From positions 251,276 to 315,275 of the forward strand of contig DAIDHJ010000001.1 in assembly GCA_027451965.1 (NCBI GenBank): DNA of 64,000 bases, written 5' to 3'. The DNA is from Candidatus Adlerbacteria bacterium (GTDB taxonomy: Bacteria > Patescibacteriota > Minisyncoccia > Phycocordibacterales > SBAW01). Shown one piece after another: positions 1 through 7,953 of this stretch. The notes under the pieces are model-generated. The model was not told where the DNA came from, searched no databases, and saw nothing but the letters and a program-made list of their open reading frames with translations. Positions within the stretch are counted from its first letter, which is position 1. Each line of letters opens with the position of its first letter. Position numbers and translations under genes: made by a program.

Positions 1-706
1 TGCATTTGCGCAAACCACCCCTTCAACCGTATCAACCCATACCAGTGCCCAGATTGCACGGGCGCAAGCACGGGCAAACCAGGAAATTACCCGACGAATC
101 ACGGCGCTCAACAGTCTGTCGAGCAGAATTCAAAGCATGACGCGGGTCAGCGACACGCTCAGGCAGGCACTTGAAGGCAATGTTCAGAACCAAGTGCAAC
201 TGCTCACGACATTGCAATCAAAAATTGCCGCTGATACCGATGTAGCCACCCTAAAGGCGGATGTGCAATCCATCGTGCAATCGTATCGAATTTATATGCT
301 GGTCCTTCCACAAGGAAGGATTTCCGCAGAAGCGGATCGCATCGCGACTATCACTGCCATGATGCAGGGAATTGGTAATAAGCTGCAGGCACGTCTGCAG
401 ACAGCAAGTCAGGGTGGTGCAGATATTTCCGCACCGACATCGCTTCTTACCGATCTAGGTGCAAAAATCGTAGATGCACAAAACCAAGCGCAAGCGGCGA
501 TCAACACCATTGCGCCATTGGCGCCGGATAACGGAAACAAAACAATACTCGCGCAAAACACCACTGCGCTGCAAGAAGCTCGCGCAGATCTCAAGACGGC
601 ACGCACTGATTTAGTTGCGGGTCGGCAAGATATCGCCGGTATACTCAAGTTCCTTGCGAGTGTGCACACCTCTGCGAGTGCATCTTCAACAACAGCACAG
701 CAGTAA
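1..706 (+). CDS. Secreted coiled-coil hypothetical protein (5' partial)
   Basis: Frame is open from nt 2 (AFAQTTPST..., end of a signal peptide) into the 137..706 ORF; A/Q/L-rich helical sequence with a Ser/Thr tail. Confidence 0.8.
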   Translation, partial: AFAQTTPSTVSTHTSAQIARAQARANQEITRRITALNSLSSRIQSMTRVSDTLRQALEGNVQNQVQLLTTLQSKIAADTDVATLKADVQSIVQSYRIYMLVLPQGRISAEADRIATITAMMQGIGNKLQARLQTASQGGADISAPTSLLTDLGAKIVDAQNQAQAAINTIAPLAPDNGNKTILAQNTTALQEARADLKTARTDLVAGRQDIAGILKFLASVHTSASASSTTAQQ

Positions 707-712
707 TCTGGC

Positions 713-922
713 ATGCAAGAACAGCTTGATCGTATAGAAAAGAAGCTCGCTGATCTGGAAGGGGAAATCGGTGCAGTGTATGCATCTTCCGAAAAAATGC
801 GGAAATATTTCCTGTGGACGCTCATCATAACCGTCGCGGTTATCGTGATCCCCCTGGTTCTGTTGCCACTATTCTTACCGGCTTTTTTCCAGTCACAAGG
901 GGTGGGAATAAGCGGTCTCTAA
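713..922 (+). CDS. Small membrane protein (short coiled coil + TM helix)
   Basis: 69 aa, starts 6 nt after the previous stop; hydrophobic segment FLWTLIITVAVIVIPLVLLPLFL. Confidence 0.75.
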   Translation: MQEQLDRIEKKLADLEGEIGAVYASSEKMRKYFLWTLIITVAVIVIPLVLLPLFLPAFFQSQGVGISGL

Positions 923-1025
923 GAGTTGTAAAATATCTTGAATTTTCTTCATACTGTGGTATGGTACGTCCTAGATTTGGGCCTTCCTCCTCTATTTATT
1001 AGCATATTACAAGGATATTTTACCT

Positions 1026-1877
1026 ATGACAGCAACATTTCTTCGCGCTCTCGGAGCGCTTCTGGGCGGCGTAGCGCTTCTTACTATGCCAGCCTTGGTT
1101 TCAGCACAAACCTGCACGTTCGGCGCCTGTGGTACCGGTACGCTTTTTGTGTACGTACAAGTGCTTAACCAGTACGGCACTCCTACTGCCGCTCCTGGAA
1201 ACTTCACTGTGCAGATCACCGGACAGAATCCTTCTCCGGCGTCATTCCCAGGCTCTCAAAGCGGTACTACTGTCTCGCTCTCTGGAGGAAGCGCCTATAC
1301 CGTGAGTGTTCCACAAACGCTCGGTTATACCCCTTCATATTCGCAAGGTTGCACCGGAACCCTCTATGGCGGTCAGCAGGCAACTTGCGTTATCACTATG
1401 AGCAGCACTCCTGGTTTCTATCCGCCCCAGCCATATCCGTATCCGTACACTCCTTCGGTGCTTTCCTGCGCACCGGCATATCAAAGTGTTCCCGCAGGAC
1501 AAACGGCAACCTTTACCGCGCAAGGAGGCACAGCAACATACAACTGGACTACCGCAAACAATACTTATTTAGGTGTTGGTTCCATCCTTAACACCACCTT
1601 GCAAAATGCAGGCGTGCAAACTGTTACCGTAACGAGCGGTTCGCAGACTGCGACCTGCACCGTCAATGTAACTGCACCGAGCAATGGCCCGATCGTCTAT
1701 CCAGGCATGCCTGGGTTTACTCCGCTTATTACCACCAATTACATTCCAGGCCTTCCGAATACGGGATTTACTCCACTGACGAGCGCCGGCATTGCATTCG
1801 GTGCGGTCGTGCTCATCGGCGGCGGCATCTTCTTCTACCCGTATGTCAGAAAAGCATTCCGCATTGTCACCCGCTAG
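1026..1877 (+). CDS. Cell-surface protein with LPXTG sorting signal (sortase substrate)
   Basis: Signal peptide, beta-rich T/G/S domains with Cys pairs, C-terminal LPNTG + TM helix + basic tail (RKAFRIVTR). Confidence 0.85.
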   Translation: MTATFLRALGALLGGVALLTMPALVSAQTCTFGACGTGTLFVYVQVLNQYGTPTAAPGNFTVQITGQNPSPASFPGSQSGTTVSLSGGSAYTVSVPQTLGYTPSYSQGCTGTLYGGQQATCVITMSSTPGFYPPQPYPYPYTPSVLSCAPAYQSVPAGQTATFTAQGGTATYNWTTANNTYLGVGSILNTTLQNAGVQTVTVTSGSQTATCTVNVTAPSNGPIVYPGMPGFTPLITTNYIPGLPNTGFTPLTSAGIAFGAVVLIGGGIFFYPYVRKAFRIVTR

Positions 1878-2532
1878 CGCATTTTCTAGAGATGCATTTG
1901 CAGAGTATTTCCGTCTTCTGTGCATCACTGTCGGTACGCTGGTTATTTTGACCGGAGCGGCAAGTGCCGTTTCGCTCTTTGCCCGTGCAGCACTTGGATC
2001 TGATGCACTCTTTCTTGCGTTTGCTCCTGTTGCTGCAGTGCCGGCTGCTCCTGTTATCACACCGCTCACCGGTACCACTACTCCCATTGTTCCGGCTACA
2101 CTTGTCATTCCGGCAATCGGCGTACATGCAAACGTGGAACAGGTGGGTACTAATGCAAAAGGGAATCTGGGTACGCCGCATACGTTCGGTGATGTTGCCT
2201 GGTACCTGCTCGGTCCCAAGCCGGGCGATCCGGGTAATGCAATTATTGATGGCCATGTAAATAACGCGCTTACCACCGCCGGGGTATTTGAACATCTCGC
2301 CGATCTCAAAGCGGGAGATACGATACAGGTCTCTGATAGCACTGGTCATACGCTTACCTATGCCGTTACCCGTGTAGAAGACTATAGTGAGACCAACGCA
2401 CCGCTTCAAACCATCTTTTCTAACTCTGGTCCTTCGCAGCTCATACTTATTACCTGTGACGGACAGTGGCTTAACAGTGCGCACTCGTTCAACGAACGGC
2501 TTGTGGTATACGCATCCCTGGTTCGTTCGTAA
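1864..2532 (+). CDS. Class F sortase
   Basis: N-terminal TM; IDGHV (His), LITCDG (Cys), ERLVV (Arg); probable TTG start at 1864 overlapping the upstream stop. Confidence 0.88.
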   Translation: MSPASAFSRDAFAEYFRLLCITVGTLVILTGAASAVSLFARAALGSDALFLAFAPVAAVPAAPVITPLTGTTTPIVPATLVIPAIGVHANVEQVGTNAKGNLGTPHTFGDVAWYLLGPKPGDPGNAIIDGHVNNALTTAGVFEHLADLKAGDTIQVSDSTGHTLTYAVTRVEDYSETNAPLQTIFSNSGPSQLILITCDGQWLNSAHSFNERLVVYASLVRS

Positions 2533-2533
2533 G

Positions 2534-2653
2534 TTGCATAATTCCGCTTGGATGATACCATCAGAACGTTCGGGTAAGTTCTCCAGTGTGCCTGTGTAAG
2601 GCTTGGGAGGGTCGCCTTACTCTAACGAGATACCAGTTTGTTTTCTCGCATTT
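2534..2653 (+). promoter_or_regulatory. Promoter and structured 5' leader of the RRM gene
   Basis: TTGCAT-16 nt-TACCAT with extended TG; hairpins GTAAGGC..GCCTTAC and CGAGA..TCTCG. Confidence 0.5.
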
Positions 2654-2905
2654 ATGGCACAAAAGTTGTTCGTGGGTGGTCTTCCGTACCGCACCACGGG
2701 GGATGAGCTTCGTGATGCATTCGCTCAGGCGGGTGAAGTCGCGTCGGCATCCATTGTGACTGATCGCGAGACCGGTCGCTCACGAGGTTTCGGCTTCGTT
2801 GAGATGGCAGATGCAGCCGGAGCTCAGAATGCTATTTCCATGTGGAATGGCAAGGAGTTCGGCGGTCGCACGCTCACGGTCTCTGAAGCACGTCCAAAGG
2901 CATAA
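2654..2905 (+). CDS. RRM (RNP-1) RNA-binding protein
   Basis: KLFVGGL (RNP-2) and RGFGFVEM (RNP-1). Confidence 0.95.
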   Translation: MAQKLFVGGLPYRTTGDELRDAFAQAGEVASASIVTDRETGRSRGFGFVEMADAAGAQNAISMWNGKEFGGRTLTVSEARPKA

Positions 2906-2920
2906 GGCTTTGGATCACAG

Positions 2921-2958
2921 CAAAACACTCCTCCAGGAATTCCTGGAGGAGTGTTTTG
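2921..2958. terminator. Perfect 38-bp palindrome, intrinsic terminator
   Basis: CAAAACACTCCTCCAGGAATTCCTGGAGGAGTGTTTTG equals its own reverse complement. Confidence 0.8.
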
Positions 2959-2978
2959 TATTAGGGTACGATGACACT

Positions 2979-3803
2979 ATGTCGCTCGAACGTCTCGTTG
3001 ATACGGTATGGAACTACTACATCAAAGAAGGACGTTCGCACCTTCTTTGGCGTCGTACGCACGATCCATATCGGATTCTGGTATCTGAGTTCATGCTGCA
3101 GCAAACCCAAGTGTCCCGTGTGGAGGAAAAGTATCGACAGTTTCTCAAGCGTTTCCCGACGGTGCGTACGCTTGCATCCGCATCGCTTGCTGAGGTGTTG
3201 GGCATGTGGCAGGGCCTTGGGTACAATCGACGGGCAAAATTTTTGCACCAGACTGCCAAACTCGTAGTAAAAGCATATAACGGAACAATTCCAAACGATC
3301 CGGAAACAATTGAAACCCTTCCAGGAATTGGACCGTATACTGCTCGAGCGATTGCCATTTTTGCGTTTAATCGGCCGGAAGTATGCATTGAAACGAATAT
3401 CCGTACGGTATTCACGCATTTTTGTTTTCCACGTGCCATGAATATTTCTGACACTATGTTGTTGCCTCGTATTGAAAAGGCGCTTCAGATTGCGCTAGAA
3501 AAAGGGTATGCTCCACGGGCATGGTACGGCGCGCTTATGGATTACGGCGTGTATCTGAAAGGAAACGGTGTACGCATCAACCACAAAAGCGCTCATTACA
3601 AAAAACAATCTGCTTTTAAAGGATCAGGCCGAGAACTGCGCGGAGCTATCCTGCGCGAATTATTGCGTGCTCCGGCGACTACACCCTCGCTCGCGAAAAT
3701 ACTCATGCGCACTACATCAGAAGTGCAAGCGCAGCTTGTAGCATTGCAGAGAGAAGGAATGGTGGAAAGCAGAGGGAGGCGATTTTTAGTGGTGAGTGCT
3801 TAA
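2979..3803 (+). CDS. mutY: A/G-specific adenine glycosylase, no Fe-S cluster, C-terminal wHTH-like region
   Basis: PYRILVSEFMLQQTQV, WQGLGYNRRA, HhH LPGIGPYTA; TACGAT-6 nt-ATG. Confidence 0.9.
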   Translation: MSLERLVDTVWNYYIKEGRSHLLWRRTHDPYRILVSEFMLQQTQVSRVEEKYRQFLKRFPTVRTLASASLAEVLGMWQGLGYNRRAKFLHQTAKLVVKAYNGTIPNDPETIETLPGIGPYTARAIAIFAFNRPEVCIETNIRTVFTHFCFPRAMNISDTMLLPRIEKALQIALEKGYAPRAWYGALMDYGVYLKGNGVRINHKSAHYKKQSAFKGSGRELRGAILRELLRAPATTPSLAKILMRTTSEVQAQLVALQREGMVESRGRRFLVVSA

Positions 3804-3870
3804 TCCTGGACAAAACTCTAGGTAAGTTGGATAATGAAGCTAGAGTGAACCTCTAGAAAGGAAAAGGTCC

Positions 3871-4011
3871 ATGGCAGGATTAATGGTGTTTAAAAATCTT
3901 GTTGAGGCGCTTCGTGCTGGTTATCAGGTATACGATCGTACTCCGAACGGATACCTTGTTCGTACACGCACCAGTGCAGGATGGGCAATAGCACTTGTCG
4001 AATGCAAGTAA
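3871..4011 (+). CDS. 46-aa small protein (absent from the ORF track)
   Basis: MAGLMVFKNLVEALRAGYQVYDRTPNGYLVRTRTSAGWAIALVECK; AAAGGA SD; upstream TGGACA-17-GATAAT; hairpin downstream. Confidence 0.75.
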   Translation: MAGLMVFKNLVEALRAGYQVYDRTPNGYLVRTRTSAGWAIALVECK

Positions 4012-4025
4012 TCTTTTTCAGTACC

Positions 4026-4070
4026 AGACCTCTTGAAACAATCTACCAAAATAGGTGTTTCAAGAGGTCT
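4026..4070. terminator. Hairpin between convergent genes
   Basis: AGACCTCTTGAAAC...GTTTCAAGAGGTCT 14-bp inverted repeat. Confidence 0.65.
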
Positions 4071-4668
4071 TTGTTGTATTTGTTATCTGTTTTTGAATAG
4101 CAGTAACTACTTCATCCCATGCGCGTACTCGTGTTATATGTTTGTTACTAATGAGCGTTTGATTCCATGGAGCATTAAAGAGTAATACAGGAATACCACG
4201 CTCAGCGATAAGACGAGTATGATTTAATGAATCATCTATAAAGAGATTGATACCGAGCATGTTGCATATCTCTGCCTTAGAACGCTTTGAAACAGGATGT
4301 GGTGAATGGTGGTTGGTAAAATGAATTGAAGTAAAGGTATGCGGAAAGTGTTCTGTTAGCCATTGTTCAGTACGCTCTCGCATATGTTCTGAACGTGCTG
4401 TAATGATATGCAGCTCATGGTCTTTTTTAAGCTGCGCAACTCCCATTTGCGCCCCGGAAAGGGGAGCGGCACGCATGTGTTCAGGGGAGTAATAGAACGC
4501 ATCGACACGCTCCAGTATTTCTTCACGGCTGCAGCCGCATACCTCCTCCATGGTCATAGTGAAAAAATCCTGTTTTGAGAGAGTGCTTCCGTAGGTCGCA
4601 TTGTGATACAGGCAAAATGCGGTTACAAAATCCATAAGCACATCATCAAAATCAACTCCGATCAGCAT
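4060..4668 (-). CDS. 5'(3')-deoxyribonucleotidase, NT5C-type HAD
   Basis: DFDDVL motif I, ITAR motif II, K...FIDD motifs III/IV, APWN. Confidence 0.88.
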   Translation of the reverse strand: MLIGVDFDDVLMDFVTAFCLYHNATYGSTLSKQDFFTMTMEEVCGCSREEILERVDAFYYSPEHMRAAPLSGAQMGVAQLKKDHELHIITARSEHMRERTEQWLTEHFPHTFTSIHFTNHHSPHPVSKRSKAEICNMLGINLFIDDSLNHTRLIAERGIPVLLFNAPWNQTLISNKHITRVRAWDEVVTAIQKQITNTTKTS

Positions 4669-4682
4669 AACCCTACTATACA

Positions 4683-4713
4683 AAAGAAAACCGCCTCGAG
4701 CAGTCGAGGCGGT
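4683..4713 (-). terminator. Intrinsic terminator of the 4718..5242 gene
   Basis: ACCGCCTCGA..TCGAGGCGGT stem followed by a U-rich tract on the minus strand. Confidence 0.7.
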
Positions 4714-4717
4714 ACAT

Positions 4718-5242
4718 TTATGTTTCTATAAAGCATTTGTGCAGAAAAGGACAGTGTTCGCTCTTGGGATCAGGAGGATTAAAACAGATTTGTACCCGCA
4801 ATTCTCTTTTTTCCTCGCTTGTCACCTTAATAAAGGCGCATTCATCCGTTACTGCGAAGTGTTCAAGGGTAAGGTGTGCTGGTGGTTCCAATAGCTCAAC
4901 GTTTTTTACCCTGCCGATGCGAGGAATAAATTGGAGTTCGGCTAGGAAGCATCCTGCACCAGGTAAAGCGGAACTGACAGTCAGACGTACATCAAACTCA
5001 AGCGGCCCAGCTGCTTTATCGGGGATAATCCTGCAAGGGATCTCAACGAGCAATACGCGGATTGCGAACGTTTGCGGGTAACCCTCTTCATGTTCAGGAT
5101 CTACAGACCAGTGCTTGAGTAGTTTATCGAGCATTCCAACACGGTTGTATGTCAGTTCGATGTTGGCAAAATCTTCTTCTCCTAGAACTTGCTTAGCAGC
5201 TCTAGAATCAGGCAATCTCACCGTGCTCCCACCGAATTTCAT
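4718..5242 (-). CDS. Hypothetical protein (ORFan cassette)
   Basis: 174 aa; AAGGAG SD; TTGACA-17-TAGATT promoter at 5291-5319; own terminator. Confidence 0.7.
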   Translation of the reverse strand: MKFGGSTVRLPDSRAAKQVLGEEDFANIELTYNRVGMLDKLLKHWSVDPEHEEGYPQTFAIRVLLVEIPCRIIPDKAAGPLEFDVRLTVSSALPGAGCFLAELQFIPRIGRVKNVELLEPPAHLTLEHFAVTDECAFIKVTSEEKRELRVQICFNPPDPKSEHCPFLHKCFIET

Positions 5243-5391
5243 GAGTTCCCATTTCTCCTTAGGTAGATTCCAAAGTAACGATCCAAAAATAATCTAGCAT
5301 AAATTATATTTTATGTCAATGTTTTCCTGATGAAGGAATAGCAATTTGCAGGTGTATCATAAAAGGGGTGATTATTGATTAATCTTTGTAT

Positions 5392-5793
5392 ATGGCATTA
5401 ACATATTTTCTTGCTCAAGTTATCGGATACTATTTCATTGCTGTGGCGTTGGTGCTTTTGTTCCGTAAGGATATGTTTATCGGCGCGGTTCAAGAAGTGT
5501 ATAAGAGCCGATCCTTTACGCTTGTTGGGGGATTAACCGCTCTGCTCTTGGGATTACTGATGGTGCTCTCTCACAATTATTGGAACGCTGGACATTTGGC
5601 CTTGGTCGTCACTGTTATAGGATGGCTCGCACTCATTAAAGGACTCGTGTTGTTATTTGCTCCCCAAGCACTGTCGAGAGCGGTGCATATGTGGCGTATC
5701 GCACAGCTTTCATATTTGTATGTGATTATCTTTCTCATTATCGGTATATATCTGGTGCATGGCGGTACGACTCATTTGGGTATTCTGGGATAA
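5392..5793 (+). CDS. 4-TM membrane protein
   Basis: Four hydrophobic helices; HNYW and GWLALIKG motifs. Confidence 0.8.
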   Translation: MALTYFLAQVIGYYFIAVALVLLFRKDMFIGAVQEVYKSRSFTLVGGLTALLLGLLMVLSHNYWNAGHLALVVTVIGWLALIKGLVLLFAPQALSRAVHMWRIAQLSYLYVIIFLIIGIYLVHGGTTHLGILG

Positions 5794-5819
5794 GGATACT
5801 AAATTGCTTTACTGAAAAA

Positions 5820-5993
5820 GAAAAAAGCCACCCGAGGGGTGGCTTTTGCATGAGCTGGAGGTGTTCTCCAGAAAAGATTTCCCGGAACCTTTTTGTGGCC
5901 GTCCGGTATGAAACCGAATCCGAAGAGGAACACCTCCAGCTGCTTGCTTTCTACCAGGTGATGGTCTCATCGACCAAAATCCCATGGCAGTGC
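5820..5993 (-). ncRNA. Candidate ~170-nt structured small RNA, unassigned
   Basis: Promoter TTGACA-16-TATTAT (6026-5999); 14-bp stem 5853-5866/5928-5941; second hairpin; terminator 5823-5847; no credible ORF. Confidence 0.55.
5823..5847. terminator. Bidirectional intrinsic terminator
   Basis: AAAAGCCACCC-GAG-GGGTGGCTTTT. Confidence 0.85.
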
Positions 5994-6027
5994 AAGAGAT
6001 AATAACGGATAAGCCCTGCTTGTCAAT

Positions 6028-7923
6028 TTAGAGACCAAGAATGACAGGAATGACAATCGGACGCTTGTTGGTCTTTTCGAATAGAAAACGTGCCACTGCG
6101 TCGGTTACATTGTTTTTCACATAATCAAAATTTACCGGTCGCATGCCCTTGGTGGTATCTTCAATGGTTTTCTTGATGATGATGCGTGTCTGCTGGAGTA
6201 GCTCTTGTGATTCTCTGAGATAGATAAAACCTCGGGAAATAATATCGGGACTCTTGCGCAGTCGTCCTGTCTGCGGATTTACGGTAGCAATAATGACGAA
6301 CATGCCTTCTTGGGCGAGTACGGTTCGGTCGCGAATTACTGCTTCCTGAATATCTCCAATCGAGAATCCATCCACCAAACGCAATCCAGAAGGAGCGCGT
6401 TCACCACGCCGGCTTATTTTTGTTCCTTCATCAGTGATTTCGATGATTGCTCCGTTGTCTGGAACGATAATTTCATCTTCTGCGCGGCCGCACGCTTTAG
6501 CGATATCGGCATGCACCCGCAGCATGTAGTGATATCCGTGCATAGGCATGAAGAACCGCGGATTAATCTTTTGGTGTATCCAGAACGTCTCATCCCGGTT
6601 GGCATGGCCCGAGGAGTGTACATCCATGGTGTCGCGGTGAATGATACGCGCTCCTTGGCGACTCAGATTGTCTTTGAGTTTCTGCACTGCGCGTTCGTTC
6701 CCAGGCACAATGGAAGAGGAGAGTACCACAGTGTCATTCTTATGAATCTTGATGTATTTATGCGTTTTGACGGCAATGCGCATAAGAGCAGCGAATTCGT
6801 CTCCCTGTGCGCCGGTTGCCAGGATCACAATCTGTCGATCGGGAAGAGAGTCGAGCTGTTCCGGAGAGATGAACGTTTTTTCATTGACCTTGAGCATGCC
6901 GAGCTGTTTAACGATCTCGATGTTTATTTTCATGCTCCGTCCTTCCACGAGAATCTTTTTTCCGTGGCGTTCGCAGCTCTCAATAATTTTCATGATGCGC
7001 TCGAGCTGTGAAGAGAATGTGCCGATGATAAGTCTGCCGGTTGCGGAGGCGATGATCTCGTCCATATTTTTTTCGACGAGCCGCTCTGGAAGAGAAAAAC
7101 CAGGTTTTTCAACGTTCGTTGAATCAGCACCCAGAAAAAGCACTTTTTTATCTTTGAAATAGCCAAATTCTTTCTCTTCTTTTTCAGTAGGAATACCATT
7201 AACATGATCAAGTTTGAGGTCTCCGGTGAATACCACTAATCCGTAGGGTGTTTCGATGACTATGCCCATAGAGTCAGGAATCGTGTGTGTTACGGAAAAG
7301 AAGCTTACACGCAAGTCTCCGGCGCGTACCGTCTCCTCTTTCTCTACTTCATGGATGGTTAGTTGCTTCAGGTGTGGAAATTCGTCCTGTCGTTTGCGAA
7401 TCATCACCGCGGTGAGCCGACGGGTGTAGATAGGCGGGTATCCGATACGGTCAATGACGTAAGGAATGCCGCCGATATGGTCGAGGTGACCGTGGGTGAT
7501 ACAGACCGCACGAATTTTTTCTTTACGGTCTTCAAGATATTTGGTGTTGGGGAGAATGTAATCAATGCCGGGCGTTGAATCATCTTGGAACTGAAAACCG
7601 CAATCGATAATCACAATGTCATTGCCGAATTCGACGGCAGTCATGTTTCTGCCAATCTCTTCAACGCCACCAAGAGGAATGATGCGGACTATACCCGGTT
7701 CAATCGGCGGAATCGGTTTTTCTTCTCCGTTACCATTTGCTTCTGCCGGGCGTTCATTGAGTTCTCGAGGCGGATGCGGCTGATGCGGTTTTGGTCCGTG
7801 TCGGCGCAATGGGGAACGTTTTGCTCGAAATGGTTTTTCTCCCGGTCGCTGTTTGCCATGATACGGTCGGGTATGTCCGCCAAAACGGCGGCGCGGTCCG
7901 GAAGCTGGTTTTTTCTGATCCAT
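6028..7923 (-). CDS. rnj: Ribonuclease J
   Basis: PLGGVEEIGRNM, THGHLDHIG, HSSGHA, beta-CASP region; basic N-terminal extension. Confidence 0.97.
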   Translation of the reverse strand: MDQKKPASGPRRRFGGHTRPYHGKQRPGEKPFRAKRSPLRRHGPKPHQPHPPRELNERPAEANGNGEEKPIPPIEPGIVRIIPLGGVEEIGRNMTAVEFGNDIVIIDCGFQFQDDSTPGIDYILPNTKYLEDRKEKIRAVCITHGHLDHIGGIPYVIDRIGYPPIYTRRLTAVMIRKRQDEFPHLKQLTIHEVEKEETVRAGDLRVSFFSVTHTIPDSMGIVIETPYGLVVFTGDLKLDHVNGIPTEKEEKEFGYFKDKKVLFLGADSTNVEKPGFSLPERLVEKNMDEIIASATGRLIIGTFSSQLERIMKIIESCERHGKKILVEGRSMKINIEIVKQLGMLKVNEKTFISPEQLDSLPDRQIVILATGAQGDEFAALMRIAVKTHKYIKIHKNDTVVLSSSIVPGNERAVQKLKDNLSRQGARIIHRDTMDVHSSGHANRDETFWIHQKINPRFFMPMHGYHYMLRVHADIAKACGRAEDEIIVPDNGAIIEITDEGTKISRRGERAPSGLRLVDGFSIGDIQEAVIRDRTVLAQEGMFVIIATVNPQTGRLRKSPDIISRGFIYLRESQELLQQTRIIIKKTIEDTTKGMRPVNFDYVKNNVTDAVARFLFEKTNKRPIVIPVILGL

Positions 7924-7953
7924 AAAAACTGAAAAATTAGTATGTATTAGCGA

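Noticed and set aside
5820-5993. SRP RNA or tmRNA identity for the candidate ncRNA
   Set aside because: AAGCAGC is present but the CAGG/GNRA helix-8 context is not; no tRNA-like ends or tag ORF
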